Shown here piece after piece: positions 1 through 10,574 of a DNA stretch of 43,113 nt (its first letter is position 1; each line of letters opens with the position of its first letter). This DNA comes from Octopus bimaculoides (lineage: Eukaryota): positions 49,429,399 to 49,472,511 of the forward strand of contig NC_068996.1 of the NCBI RefSeq assembly GCF_001194135.2. The letters run 5' to 3'. A program made the translations under genes and the position numbers. The notes under the pieces are model-generated. The model was not told the DNA's origin. It searched no databases and saw nothing but the letters and a program-made list of their open reading frames with translations.

Positions 1-54
<54 letters not shown>

Positions 55-77
55 CGCACTCACAGATATACATACAT

Positions 78-2050
78 ATGCACACACATAAGTTTAGTGT
101 GTTACCTTTAAATTCTAGGTTTCGTTCCCATTCTCGGAATTTCTTCTCTAACGCTTCCTCAGGCCCTTCTATAAGAGCAAAGTTATCAGCATTTAGAAAT
201 TCTTATGGACAGTTGGTCTTAAATTCCTCCATTGTAGCTTCAAGCTGTGTTATAGTTTTACTGAGAATCAAGCCTTGATGGACGCCAATCTGCATACTAA
301 ATTCTTCACTGAATTCATTCTGAATTCTCACTTTGCTGACTTTATCCTTGTACATGACTTGCATTATTCTAAAAATCCATTCGCCTACCCCTAATTTTGT
401 TGACAACCTCCAGCCTTATCGGACATGGTCAAATACAGTTAAAACAAATACCATGAAACATAAATTGTAGACTTATAAAAATTATCTCTGCCTCGAGAGA
501 ATGACTCATAATTAACAATTGACAATTAAGAACAGCTTCATATGACAAGGAGAGATAATCTCAAGAATCAAAACTTCTCCATGTTTGACATGCCATTAAG
601 GAAACGGAAAAGTACAAGCTTATTGTCTGGAGATAAGAGGACAGTCAGTGACATATGTTTCTGCCTCAATAACTGTCATCAGTACAGCATAAAATTAGCT
701 ATGATACCCTGTCAAATTTACTGTTTTCTGATTCCCTTTGAGCTATGTACACTTACCATCAAGTTTCTCTCTTAGTCATGTAATATAATTCTTTGCTACC
801 CACTTTCTTCCAGTCTTTCTATGCATGTATTTTAGCTTTTATTGCTCAATCTATCTTTACATGTGGTTAGTACATTACTCCAACCACAAAACTAGTCTAC
901 AATTTTCTGCATGTTGTGTTGTAAAAGCTCCAACTTGTATCCTATGTTACAGGTTCTTACCTCTTCCTCCTCATCCTCTTCTTTGTGATATATATCATCT
1001 AGAATAACCCTGAACATATATCTTGTGGACGGCTGTTTTAGTTTCTGCATCTTCCTTCTCCAGAATGTCTTTTGTATTTCATATCGTGTATCTCTTCTTC
1101 TAAAGCCACTAATCACTATGTTGCAATTAATATTCACAAACTATTCCATCTACTTTGTTTCCCGGTGAGAATGGAATCTGTCTAGCTTTTATATTCAACC
1201 AATTAGAAGACAATCAAAATGGCTTCTTGGTTTTGTGAAGTTCATGTGGCAGATAGTTACTTTATTTGCATCACAGAAATCTAGAAGATTTGGTGCTTCT
1301 TCATTCCTACAACTGTATTCATAGTCACATTTGCTCAGGTGTAACCATTATGATTCTTTTGTTACCTAACATGTCCATCACTGGTGACATCAATAATGAT
1401 GTTGCTCTCATTTATTATTGAAATGGTTCACAAAAGCCCTTACGACTGTCGGTTTGCTCATGAGTCAATTGCAATTGTGATTCATAAAATCAGTGATAAT
1501 AGTTGTCATTGCTTTATCTACAACTAACCTAAGTTTAATTATTCTGTTCCATACTCTGGCTACTTTATGTTATCTATCCATTTTCCAACACCAGTATGCC
1601 CACTCCATCTTAACTGTTTAGCATTCATCTTATTCTGTCAAATGTAATTCTTGTTTATTCACATTCTTTTCAATTAATCATGCATTATCTCATAGCTTTG
1701 AAATTTCAATCCTGTTATTGATTTGTAGAATGACATTGTATGATAGGTGTGAGAGGCTAAATCTGATTAGTTTTAACATAAAACAGAACATTTGGGCTGG
1801 ATATGGCTGGTTTAACTCCTAAAGGGTTAAACAACATTGTTACCTACCAGAAAGAATTTGTTACAACTCTAAGACTGCAAGAGGTTTCACTGAGGCTCCT
1901 CTCCATCTCACCTTTTGTATGTGGCATTCATCTACTTAGCTCTGCCTTAAAATTTTGGTAATCACATCATGTCTATATAAACTAATGTTGCAACTCACAG
2001 TTTCTTCTGTTAGTTGAGTTGATGCTTGAGGTCTATTCTCTGCACCTGAA
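78..2050 (-). mobile_element. Degenerate RTE-clade LINE ORF2 (AP endonuclease plus reverse transcriptase remnants)
   Basis: Minus-strand peptides CHIQKVRWRGAS, GVGIL, RNEEAPNLLDFCDANKVTICHMNFTKPRSHF (APE), and IGVHQGLILS and CP*EFLNADNFAL (decayed PWELLYADD RT motif). Many stops and frameshifts. Confidence 0.85.
1614..1826 (+). mobile_element. piggyBac-type MITE family A, inserted in the RTE remnant
   Basis: TTAA on both sides (1610-1613, 1827-1830). Right end ...ctaaaggg. Same sequence as copies at 12885, 14271, 22700, 23578 and 30985. Confidence 0.75.
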
Positions 2051-2198
2051 ACGAAATGACCAATCATTTCATTGGGGATTTTCACTCATGGTCAGTTGTT
2101 TACACCTAACCATTCCATTGCCATGTATGGCGCTAGTATGGTAAGTGCTAGTCCTGTTATATACAGTGAAGATTTACCAATGTATTGGAATGCTTCAG

Positions 2199-2387
2199 TG
2201 AAGGTGCAATGGCCCAGTGGTTAGGGCAGTGGATTCGCGGTCATAGGATCTCGGTTTCGATTCCCAGACCGGGCGTTGTGAGTGTTTATTGAGCGAAAAC
2301 ACCTAAAGCTCCACAAGGCTCCGGCAGGGGATGGTGGCGAACCCTGCTGTACTCTTCCACCACAATTTTCTCTCACTCTTACTTCCA
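2199..2387 (+). mobile_element. tRNA-derived SINE family D, 5' half only
   Basis: tRNA-like A/B boxes (tggcccagtggttagg ... ggtttcgattccc). Matches the reverse complement of 23125-23305. Confidence 0.85.
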
Positions 2388-2445
2388 CATATAATAGAAT
2401 AAGAAATAGAAATAGAAAGTCCTTGGTACAGAATTATATATTTGA

Positions 2446-2592
2446 AAAAATGAATAGAAAAGGCTTTTCTGGCAATTTTTCCTCTTTGAGAATTACATGT
2501 TATAAGTAATTAGGTATTTACACCAGCTTATGAACATCTATCTAATTATTAAAGTGGAAAAATTATCAGAAAAGCCATCTCTATTCATTTTT
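2446..2592. repeat. Imperfect inverted repeat (about 50-bp arms)
   Basis: 2446-2495 aaaaatgaatagaaaaggcttttctggcaatttttcctctttg pairs with 2543-2592. Confidence 0.85.
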
Positions 2593-2890
2593 GCATGAGC
2601 GAGGTCGTTGCCAGAGCCCCTGGACTGGCCCTTGTGTAGGTGGCGCGTAAAATACACCATTTTGAGCATGGCCATTGCCAATACTGCCTGACTGGTCCTT
2701 GTGCCGGTGGCACATAAAAGCACCCACTACACTCTCTGAGTGGTTGATGTTAGGAAGGGCATCCAGCTGTAGAAACTCTGCCAAATCAGATTGGAGCCTG
2801 GTGTAGCCATCTGGTTTCACCAGTCCTCAGTCAAATCGTCCAACCCATGCTAGCATGGAAGGCGGATGTTAAACAATGATGATGATGATA
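2593..2890 (+). mobile_element. SINE/LINE-tail family C ending in (GAT)n
   Basis: ...gtccaacccatgctagcatggaaggcggatgttaaacaatgatgatgat. Related copies at 13143, 16858, 24115, 26270, 29425 and 38590. Confidence 0.8.
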
Positions 2891-3143
2891 TTGATATATA
2901 TATATATATAAAATGTAGATAGATAGACAGATATGAATGAAGTTATCACATATTGAAGGTAGGATAATGGTTTCAACTTAGTGTGGTTGCCGTGTAAAAA
3001 TTTTAAACCACCTGTACAAATTCTTCCATTGACACTGTGGTACCCACTCAAGAATTAAAAATATGAAATGTGAAGTTTTTTAATTTCTGTATTTTATGTT
3101 TGAATCTTTTCTGATTTTTTTCCCTTTTTTATGACTCTTTCAG

Positions 3144-3225
3144 GTTATGGTATCCTGTTAACAGATGGAGAGTAAAAAACCTAAAGAATCACTATTGGAT
3201 TGTGGGTAGTCTGCTAGGTTAAACC
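3144..3225 (+). promoter_or_regulatory. 5' UTR part of the exon with two short uORFs (3147-3161 and 3165-3209)
   Basis: ATG GTA TCC TGT TAA at 3147, and ATG at 3165 ending at TAG 3207-3209. Both share one frame, which differs from the main ORF frame. Confidence 0.55.
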
Positions 3226-4282
3226 ATGTCATCTTCATCACCTCCTCAACCACTGCCATCCTCACCTTCATCACCGTCCAATCTTCAGACCACTAATCAA
3301 TTATCAGCTGTTGCCAACGATCATTGCTTCCAATTGGTGACTGAATTCCCCTCAAATATACCGCTTATGCAGGGTAACAGACACACAACCTCACAGACTT
3401 TTCCCGACAACACATCCAACAATACCAGCACCACCAACAACAACAACAACATCAGCCTCACCTCAAACATCTTCACAATTCCTTTGACCACATCAGCTGG
3501 ACTGGCTTACGCATTGACTGAAAACAACAAAATTGGGATACAACGCCTCATTAAACCCAAAAACCCTTCGGATAAAGATGCAAAAAACAACAACAACAAC
3601 ACAAGTAACAGCAATAACAACAACAATAATAATAATAATAATAATGTCATTTCAGGTAGCATTAACAATGTGAACACTCAGAAACAAGATCCCCATTCAC
3701 AGGGACACAGACTTTTGGTAGATTCCAACACAGTGGCGGCAGTGGTAGCAGCTGCTGCCAACATAAACCAAGTCCAAAATCTAAATGGATCTCAGTTTCA
3801 GAAATTCAGTTTCAGCCCTGGTCGGCTTCTGAAGGATCAGTCTCAACAACAACAGCAACAACAACAACAACAGCTCCAAGGGGAAATAACTATGCCACAC
3901 CAGGAAGACAAATCACCCTCATCGTCATCATCAACGTCATCGTCATCAACATTACCCATCACATTTGCTCCCGATCAATCTCAGCAGCAGGCTAGCACGG
4001 CTTCAGTGGCTGCGTCCTCCTCAGCTAACGTTGTCACATCAGCGGCAACGGCAGCAGCAGCAGCAGTTGCCGTTCAACCTGTGGGCTCTCAAAACAGTAA
4101 TTCTATTCAATCTATTCAATACCAGTCCGCTACTGCTGCTGCTGCTGCTAATGCAAGCCAAGGTGCAACAAATGACGCAATGCTAAGCGCTACCATAAAC
4201 TATAATGACAATGAAATGCTGTCAGACGGCACTTTTGATGTGTCTGTGAGAAACAATCTGACTCTTGATGAAGGAATACTTG
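3226..4282 (+). CDS. First coding exon of an unidentified gene; low-complexity, probably disordered N-terminal region (poly-N, poly-Q, poly-A, poly-S)
   Basis: Pyrimidine-rich acceptor ...gactctttcag|G (exon starts 3144). ATG 3226 in AAACCATG context with an in-frame TAA at 3220-3222. 352 open codons, then donor CTTG|GTAAAT at 4282/4283 (phase 1). The ORF-track extension to 4389 is read-through into the intron. Confidence 0.85.
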
Positions 4283-4449
4283 GTAAATATTACAATTTTA
4301 TTTCTCATATTTTTTCTTTTGTCCTTTGTCGTTCTTGTTGTTTTTATTGTTGTTTTACCTGTTATTGTTTAACCCCAGGTCGATCCTGACTGAACCAGCA
4401 CAATGGAAACCATCTTATCCAAGACAATCACATTCTTCTCTCAAGCATT

Positions 4450-4690
4450 ATGTTTCTTATTTTTTTATCGCCCACAAGGGGCTAAACATAGAGAGGACAA
4501 ACAAGGACAGACAAAGGGATTAAGTCGATTACATCGATCCCAGTGCGTAACTGGTACTTAATTTATCGACCCTGAAAGGATGAAAGGCAAAATCGACCTC
4601 AGCGGAATTTGAACTCGGAACATAACAGTACACGAAATACCGCTAAGCATTTCACCCGGCGTGCTAACATTTCTGCCAGCTCGTTGCCTT
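4450..4690 (-). mobile_element. tRNA-derived SINE family B
   Basis: ggaatttgaactc B-box complement and ttctgccagctcg head. Multi-copy in this window. Confidence 0.85.
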
Positions 4691-4788
4691 TGTCCAGATC
4701 AATATCACTCCTCCCTGCCAGATGTATCAATCAAGCAATGTGGCATGAACATCTTACCTTTGTTTTAGTCCCATCAGTCTTTAACTAG

Positions 4789-5087
4789 CTGAAATATCTC
4801 ATTTGCACATATCATGACTACATATAAAAGCATTAGCTCACCACTAACTGAACTGGTTGATCCTAGCCATTGACAGTTTGTTGTCTCTTCACCCACTTGA
4901 CATCTAAGGATATTTGCCATTGACTCAAACATCTGGCCTGGGTATTAGCCACACTGGTGTTCTCCAAACTGAAATATCTCATCTCTGCATGCCATGACTA
5001 CAGATGATATTGGTAAATTTCTAACTGAACTGGTTCATCCTGGATCTTGACAGTTTGTTATATGTTCATCTGTTCACCATTGACTCA
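4789..5087. repeat. Diverged direct duplication, 180-bp offset
   Basis: ctgaaatatctcat at 4789 and 4969. Shared blocks ctaactgaactggtt, ttgacagtttgtt and ccattgactca. Confidence 0.8.
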
Positions 5088-5444
5088 GTAAAATCATCTA
5101 CCAAAATAGTTCACATCCACTATGCTGCATCCCATGGTTTCAATGTACTCTGGTTAAAATCGTTTTTAATCCTACGTGACATAAATAGATGCAGATAAAA
5201 CAAAGAACTTTAACCATAGGATCCCAGCGCCTTCTTAGACAATATAACAAAGCACTGATACAATTTGTTCCATGCCATATGACTGGACTGTCCTATACAT
5301 AACGGTCTGGGAAAAAAATTAATATTGAAACTGTTGATGACGACAGCACAGTATTACTCATGGTTCTATATATACAATAAAATTTTACATTGTTGACATC
5401 ATAAGAATTTTATAAACTTTCAAGAGAATGCGAAATAATTCTAT

Positions 5445-5610
5445 TTTGGAACATTGGCTGTCGTGACACATCGCATAAAGCTATAAGTAATAGCATGTAA
5501 ATATTGATTTTTTTTTTTTTTACCTCAAAAGGATTTTCAACCCAATATGTACATGCTATTATTCATTTTTTATAGCTTTATGTGATGTGCCTCAACAGCC
5601 AATGTTCAAA
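5445..5610. repeat. Imperfect inverted repeat (about 60-bp arms)
   Basis: gaacattggctgtcgtgacacatcgcataaagctataa... pairs with ...ttatagctttatgtgatgtgcctcaacagccaatgttc. Confidence 0.85.
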
Positions 5611-5763
5611 GACAAAGTTGATATATATTTCACTAAGACATATCAGTGTATAGTGTTTAAATTGTTTGGAATCGGTACAAAAAAAATCCATTGATGTAAT
5701 TAATTTGATCGCTTTAAAAAATGAACGTATAAAGACTTAGCAGAACATTTGTTGTTGTTGTTG

Positions 5764-5807
<44 letters not shown>

Positions 5808-5995
5808 TGAGGCAGTGTGCTATGCTTAGCAGTATTTAGTCTGTCTTCACATTCTGAGTTCAAATGCCGCTAGGGTCAACTTTGCCTTTCATCCTTTCAG
5901 GGTCAATAAAATAAATACCAGTGATACACTGGGGTCGATGTAATCAACTCATCCCCTCCCCCAAAATTGCTGCTCTCATGGAAAAATTTGAAACC
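5808..5995 (+). mobile_element. SINE family B
   Basis: gttctgagttcaaat B box, followed by cctttcatcctttcagggtc. Confidence 0.8.
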
Positions 5996-6039
5996 ATAAT
6001 TGTTGTTGTCATTATCATTATTATTATTATTATTATTAA

Positions 6040-6500
6040 TATTATTCAGTAGTCTTATTTTTATCATGTGCATTCATGCCACCACAGAGCACAGCTCTGT
6101 GTGCCATGGATATGTGCTGTGGTTTGCTGTGATACTCTTATTTTAACTGTATTGAAAGTGTTTTGCATAGGATGTGTGCAGTACCCAGTAGTGCAATTTT
6201 CTGTATGTTATATATACTTGTAAGTCCTGGTATTTTTATTATGTATTTGTCTAAATATTTTTTTATCATACCTAATGCGTCCACTATGATAGGAATTGTT
6301 TCTGTTTTTAGATTCCACATTCGAGTTACCTCTATTTCCAGATCTTTGTATTTTGAAAGTTTCTTTGTTTCTTTTAGAGAAACGTTGTCATCTGCTGGTA
6401 TTGATACATCAGTTAGAAAGCATTTATTTCTTGGTGATATCTGACAACTATATCCGGCTTATTGGCCTTAATTTCTCTATCTGTGTGTATTGGTATATCC
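6040..6500 (-). mobile_element. 5'-truncated RLE-type non-LTR retrotransposon (R4/Dong-like), C-terminal restriction-like endonuclease plus 3' UTR and (TAA)n tail
   Basis: Minus strand DIPIHTDREIKANKPDIVV, frameshift, then LTDVSIPADDNVSLKETKKLSKYKDLEIEVTRMWNLKTETIPIIVDALG...QKIALLGTAHIL. This is the PD..D..K..Y RLE signature. Confidence 0.85.
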
Positions 6501-7084
6501 TTATCATTATTATTATCATCACCATCGTCATCGTCATCAACATCCTCATCATCATTAGTAATATTATTGTTCATGTTGTTGTTGTTATTATTATTATTAT
6601 TATTATTATTGTTGTTGTTGTTAGTATTATGTTATTAGTATTATTAATGTTGTTGTTCTTGTTATTATGCTAAAGGAAATGGGTTGAACCCATAGCGTTA
6701 TGACATTTAAGAAAAGATTAAATAGATTATTAGAGAACACCATGTTCGGATTGGCATTATGTTATATTCCATGTTTGCTTTCTCTGTGTTTATTTTAGGC
6801 TATTTCTCATGAAATCTTTCCAACTTTACTCTGTTGGTCATTATCATACATATATATATTTTATTAGTCAAATGTTAAAAGGTCAGAGTTCAGTGACCAC
6901 CGCTCCTCTCATCGACAGGATTTCTCGGACTGGAGTTGAATAAATGGTTGAGTCTAATAACACAAGTGTTTGGTATGTACTGCTGTCAAGGAGACAAGAA
7001 TAGTATATTATTCTGCTATTAATGGCATGATTATATGTTGCTGTATATTGCTGGTCACAGTGCATTCTTGCATTGTTTTAGCTT

Positions 7085-7265
7085 TTGAACGATGCCATCT
7101 CACTGGCTAGGTGAGCCAGCCAACATTCCCCCGGGGTGGTTCATTTACAGCTGAGTGGACTGGAGCACCAAGAAATGAAGTATTTTATTCCAGAATGCAA
7201 TGTGCTACCCAGTCTGGGAATCAAACCTGTGATTGGTTGATCTTGAGTGCAACACCCTCATCGCT
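7085..7265 (-). mobile_element. Degenerate tRNA-SINE family E
   Basis: cagctgagtggactggagca and ctgggaatcaaacc match the reverse complement of the 25195 copy. Confidence 0.6.
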
Positions 7266-7324
7266 AATAATAGAAAGCATTAATAGAGAAATAATAGCTC
7301 GTAATTCATAATTTCATATCAGCA

Positions 7325-7628
7325 CAGGAGTGGCTGTGCAGTACATAGCTTGCTTACCAACCACATGGTTCTGGGTTCAGGCTGACCAAAGCCTTGTAAG
7401 TGAATTTGGTAGATGGAAACTGAGAGAATTCCATTATTATATGTGTGTGTGTGTGTGTCCACACCATTGCTTGACAACTGATGGTGGTGTGTTTATGTCC
7501 CCCATAACTTAGCAGTTTGGCAAAAGAGACCGATAGAATAAGTACTAGGCTTACAAAGAATAAGTCCTGGAGTCAAATCTTGGAGAGACTGCCTGTGTTA
7601 GCCTTGCCTTTAATTCAGGATGTTGGAT
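7325..7628 (+). mobile_element. tRNA-derived SINE family A
   Basis: ggagtggctgtg...ggttctgggttcag head, internal (TG)n, gaccgatagaataagtactagg tail. Confidence 0.85.
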
Positions 7629-8186
7629 AACCATCTTGGAGTAATTAGGATTGTTCATATCCTGCCACCATTATTATGCTGTCATCTGATTGCTGAGAAA
7701 GACACTTCTCAATGCTCTTGTCCACTTGGCTGTTAGGAGGTTCAACACGGTGGAATAGTTCACCATTTTAGTTACATAATTCCCTGAGTACCTTTGTTCT
7801 GGTTAAGATTTAATTGTTGAATAAGCAAATAAGTTTTTAAAAAATCCCATATAACTACCTCAACAAGGAAATAAAAAAAAAAAGAAAGCAGGTAGCATTA
7901 AGCAACAAATGATTGGTGGGTGGGAGTAACAGATGGCGTGTTTAGCCACACCTTCATTGCAAAGGCGTTGCTGTGGAGAATGACTAGCAACATTCACTGC
8001 AGCGACCACCCCACCTTACAGTGATCATTTCTCAGACGTGCTGCAGTTACCTGGATTTTGCGGAAATAATGTGGCTTGTGTTTGTTGCTTTTTTAGATCA
8101 ATTAAAAGAAAGGCATTGCATAAAATCCCTACATGAATCACAAGTTAAACTTTAGGTCTGTTTGTTCATGGAAACAGATAGTGCTT

Positions 8187-8282
8187 TTGTGGCACCTTGG
8201 GCAAGTGTCTTTTACTATAGCTTCGAGTCAACCAAAGCCTTGTGAGTGGATTTTGTAGATGGAAACTGAAAGAAGCCCATTG

Positions 8283-8319
<37 letters not shown>

Positions 8320-8516
8320 TTGTGTATATGTGTTTGTCCTCCACCATCATCGCCTGACAACCGATGTTAGTGTGTTTTCGTCCGCGTAACTTTCCAGTTC
8401 AGCAAAAGAGACCAATAGGCTTACAAAGAATAAGTCCTGAGGTCAATTTTGTTCAACTAAAGGTGGTGCTCCAGCATGGACACAGTCAAGTGACTGAAAC
8501 AAGTAAAAGAATAAAA

Positions 8517-8517
<1 letters not shown>
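8187..8517 (+). mobile_element. SINE family A, 5'-truncated
   Basis: gtggcaccttgggcaagtgtc ... gactgaaacaagtaaaag. Confidence 0.85.
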
Positions 8518-8551
<34 letters not shown>

Positions 8552-8552
8552 T

Positions 8553-8933
8553 GTAGGAGTGGTTGTGTGGTAAGTAGCTTGCTAACCAACCACATGGTTC
8601 CAGGTTCATTCCTACTGCGTGACACGTTGGGCAAGTGTCTTCTACTATAGCCTCGGGCCAATCAAAGCTTTGTGAGTGGATTTGGTAGACAGAAACTGAG
8701 AGAAGCCCATCATATTTATGCATATATCGGTCTTTTCATCATGTAACCTTGTGGGCATCGGTACCATTTTCCTCTTTCTCCGTTCTTCCATTCTCCGAAC
8801 TTTCCATCTTTCCGACGAAGGGCTACGCCCGAAACGTCATACACTCTCTCTTTCCTTTCCTGAGCGTCCAATAATACTATCCATATCACGTCCTCACTTT
8901 GTTGTTTTTTTGTTTTTTTGTTATTGTTTTTTT

Positions 8934-8973
<40 letters not shown>

Positions 8974-9183
8974 TGTGTGTCTGTGTTTCTCACCCTAACG
9001 TCGCTTGACAACCGATGGTGGTGTGTTTACGTCTCTGTAACTTAGCAGTTTGGCATAAGAGACCGATAGAATAAGTACTAGGCATCCAAAGAATAAGTCC
9101 TGGGGTCGATTTGCTCGACTAAAGGCGGTGCTCCAGCATGGCCACAGTCAAATGACTGAAACAAGTAAAAGAGTAAAAGAGTA
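8553..9183 (+). mobile_element. SINE family A interrupted by a Penelope-like fragment
   Basis: Head 8553-8712, foreign segment about 8725-8935, then (TA)n and tail 8971-9183. Confidence 0.75.
8805..8845 (+). ncRNA. Minimal type I hammerhead ribozyme-like motif (Penelope-type), U4C variant
   Basis: CCGACGA(8812-8818)-A-GGGC TAC GCCC-GAAA-CGTC. Stem II is intact and stem III is the palindrome ACGT. Stem I is poor. Confidence 0.55.
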
Positions 9184-9748
9184 ATGTGAATAAATGAGCA
9201 TTACATTTGGCAGACTAACCAGAATGCTAAAGAGTTAATGGTCAACTGTTTTAGTCATGGACATTCTGTAGTGTCTAATATGGCCAGTTTTAATGCTAAA
9301 GGGTTACCTGGTTAAGCTCACCTAGCTGTAGTGGCCTTGGTTACAACTCAAAACAGCAAGTAGTGGATTTCTTAAGGACTGATTACTTTGAGTGTTTTGT
9401 GTAGGTAAAGGGTAGGTTCTCCCAAGCTGATTTACCTTGGATAGATATTGAGCCAACTTGGGAACTTCTATGAAGTCATAACCTATTAGAAATAACAACC
9501 AAATCTCCTTCAAATCAAACACTGTCATCTTAATTTAGGAAAGGACATGTTGGTTAACACTGTCTTGTACTCACAAAAGGTGAGATGGTTCTATCTGGAA
9601 TACTTTTGATCATAGATCTGTTGAACCAGGGTTGACTCGGGGCTAAACAGCTTCAACACTGGATGCAGGTACGATAAGACAATGATGTCTTCAGCTTATA
9701 TGGATTTTTTTTATTGTTAATATTTCTTTTTCTCTTTCTATGAATCAG

Positions 9749-10083
9749 TCACAGGAGGACGGCCAGACTCCATGACCTTTCCAAAGTCTATGAGACAGGT
9801 GTCAGACGTGGTAATGGGGATAGGCAGGGAAGACAAAACCCTAAATGACTTAGAGATTGGTGCAGTAGGAAGTAAAACATCAAGATTTCCAGTTGTCTCA
9901 GAATGCTTGCAAAGAGGGGCTGGAGTGGTAGGCTTCACTAAAGGCATCCAAGGGTTAGCGGCGGTGGTGGTGATGGTGGCAAGAGAATGTGGTGGTGGTG
10001 GTGGTGGCAACAGAGAGGTGGTAGTGGCAATAGTGGTGGTGGTGGTGGTGATTAATGACAATAAACCAGACAGTGGATTTAAG
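9749..10083 (+). CDS. Probable second coding exon of the same gene (VTGGRPDSMTFPKSMRQVSDVVMGIGREDK...); 3' boundary uncertain
   Basis: Strong acceptor tatttctttttctctttctatgaatcag| at 9748. The phase-1 join (G+TC=Val) enters the only long open frame (ORF 9772..10089). Candidate donors are GTG|GTAGGC (9927) and AAG|GTCTAA (10083), or the frame ends at stop 10087-10089. Confidence 0.6.
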
Positions 10084-10574
10084 GTCTAACACACACAAGT
10101 TAGTTCCATAGCAACATAATCATTGCATTAAATACTAAAATGATTTACGAGGAATTTTTCTTTTGCTAGCTCAAGCAGAGAATATTTTTATGGCTCAATA
10201 CCCTTCTCAATGGCTATGTGAGAATGGCACTTATTCTCTATTAGTTAAACTAAAACCTACGAGTTAACAATGCTTGGTTTGTGACTTTCTGAAAACAAGT
10301 GACATTATCGTAATTATTCTACACAAAGAATTTTGCGATGTTGAAGAAATGTTAACAAAGAATCGATATAAGTATTAAGAAATATTATCAAAGTAGTCAT
10401 CTTGCTACAGAATCATTATGGATAAAAGTATTTTTGGTGACCTGAATCTCGTTGACTTTCAATTATATTTGTGGACGTAAACACTGAAACATTTAAAACT
10501 TCTACTGTTAAGTATGGCTGTTGCAAATACTGCTAAAATATTTTGGAAACATGGCTTTTAATAGTTTTTATGAC

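Noticed and set aside
2199-2275. tRNA genes at SINE heads (also 23230-23305, 25195-25260 and family A/B heads)
   Set aside because: The A/B boxes continue into SINE bodies and there is no complete cloverleaf with a proper acceptor stem.
4283-4389. C-terminal extension of ORF 3226..4389 (Cys/Phe-rich tail)
   Set aside because: It follows a good GTAAAT donor and is T-rich intron sequence.
9738-10085. Minus-strand Thr/Pro-rich ORF with an LIDFG kinase-like motif
   Set aside because: No other kinase motifs are present, and openness is explained by the ACC/CCA repeat. The + strand has the stronger acceptor and phase match. An antisense exon is not strictly excluded.
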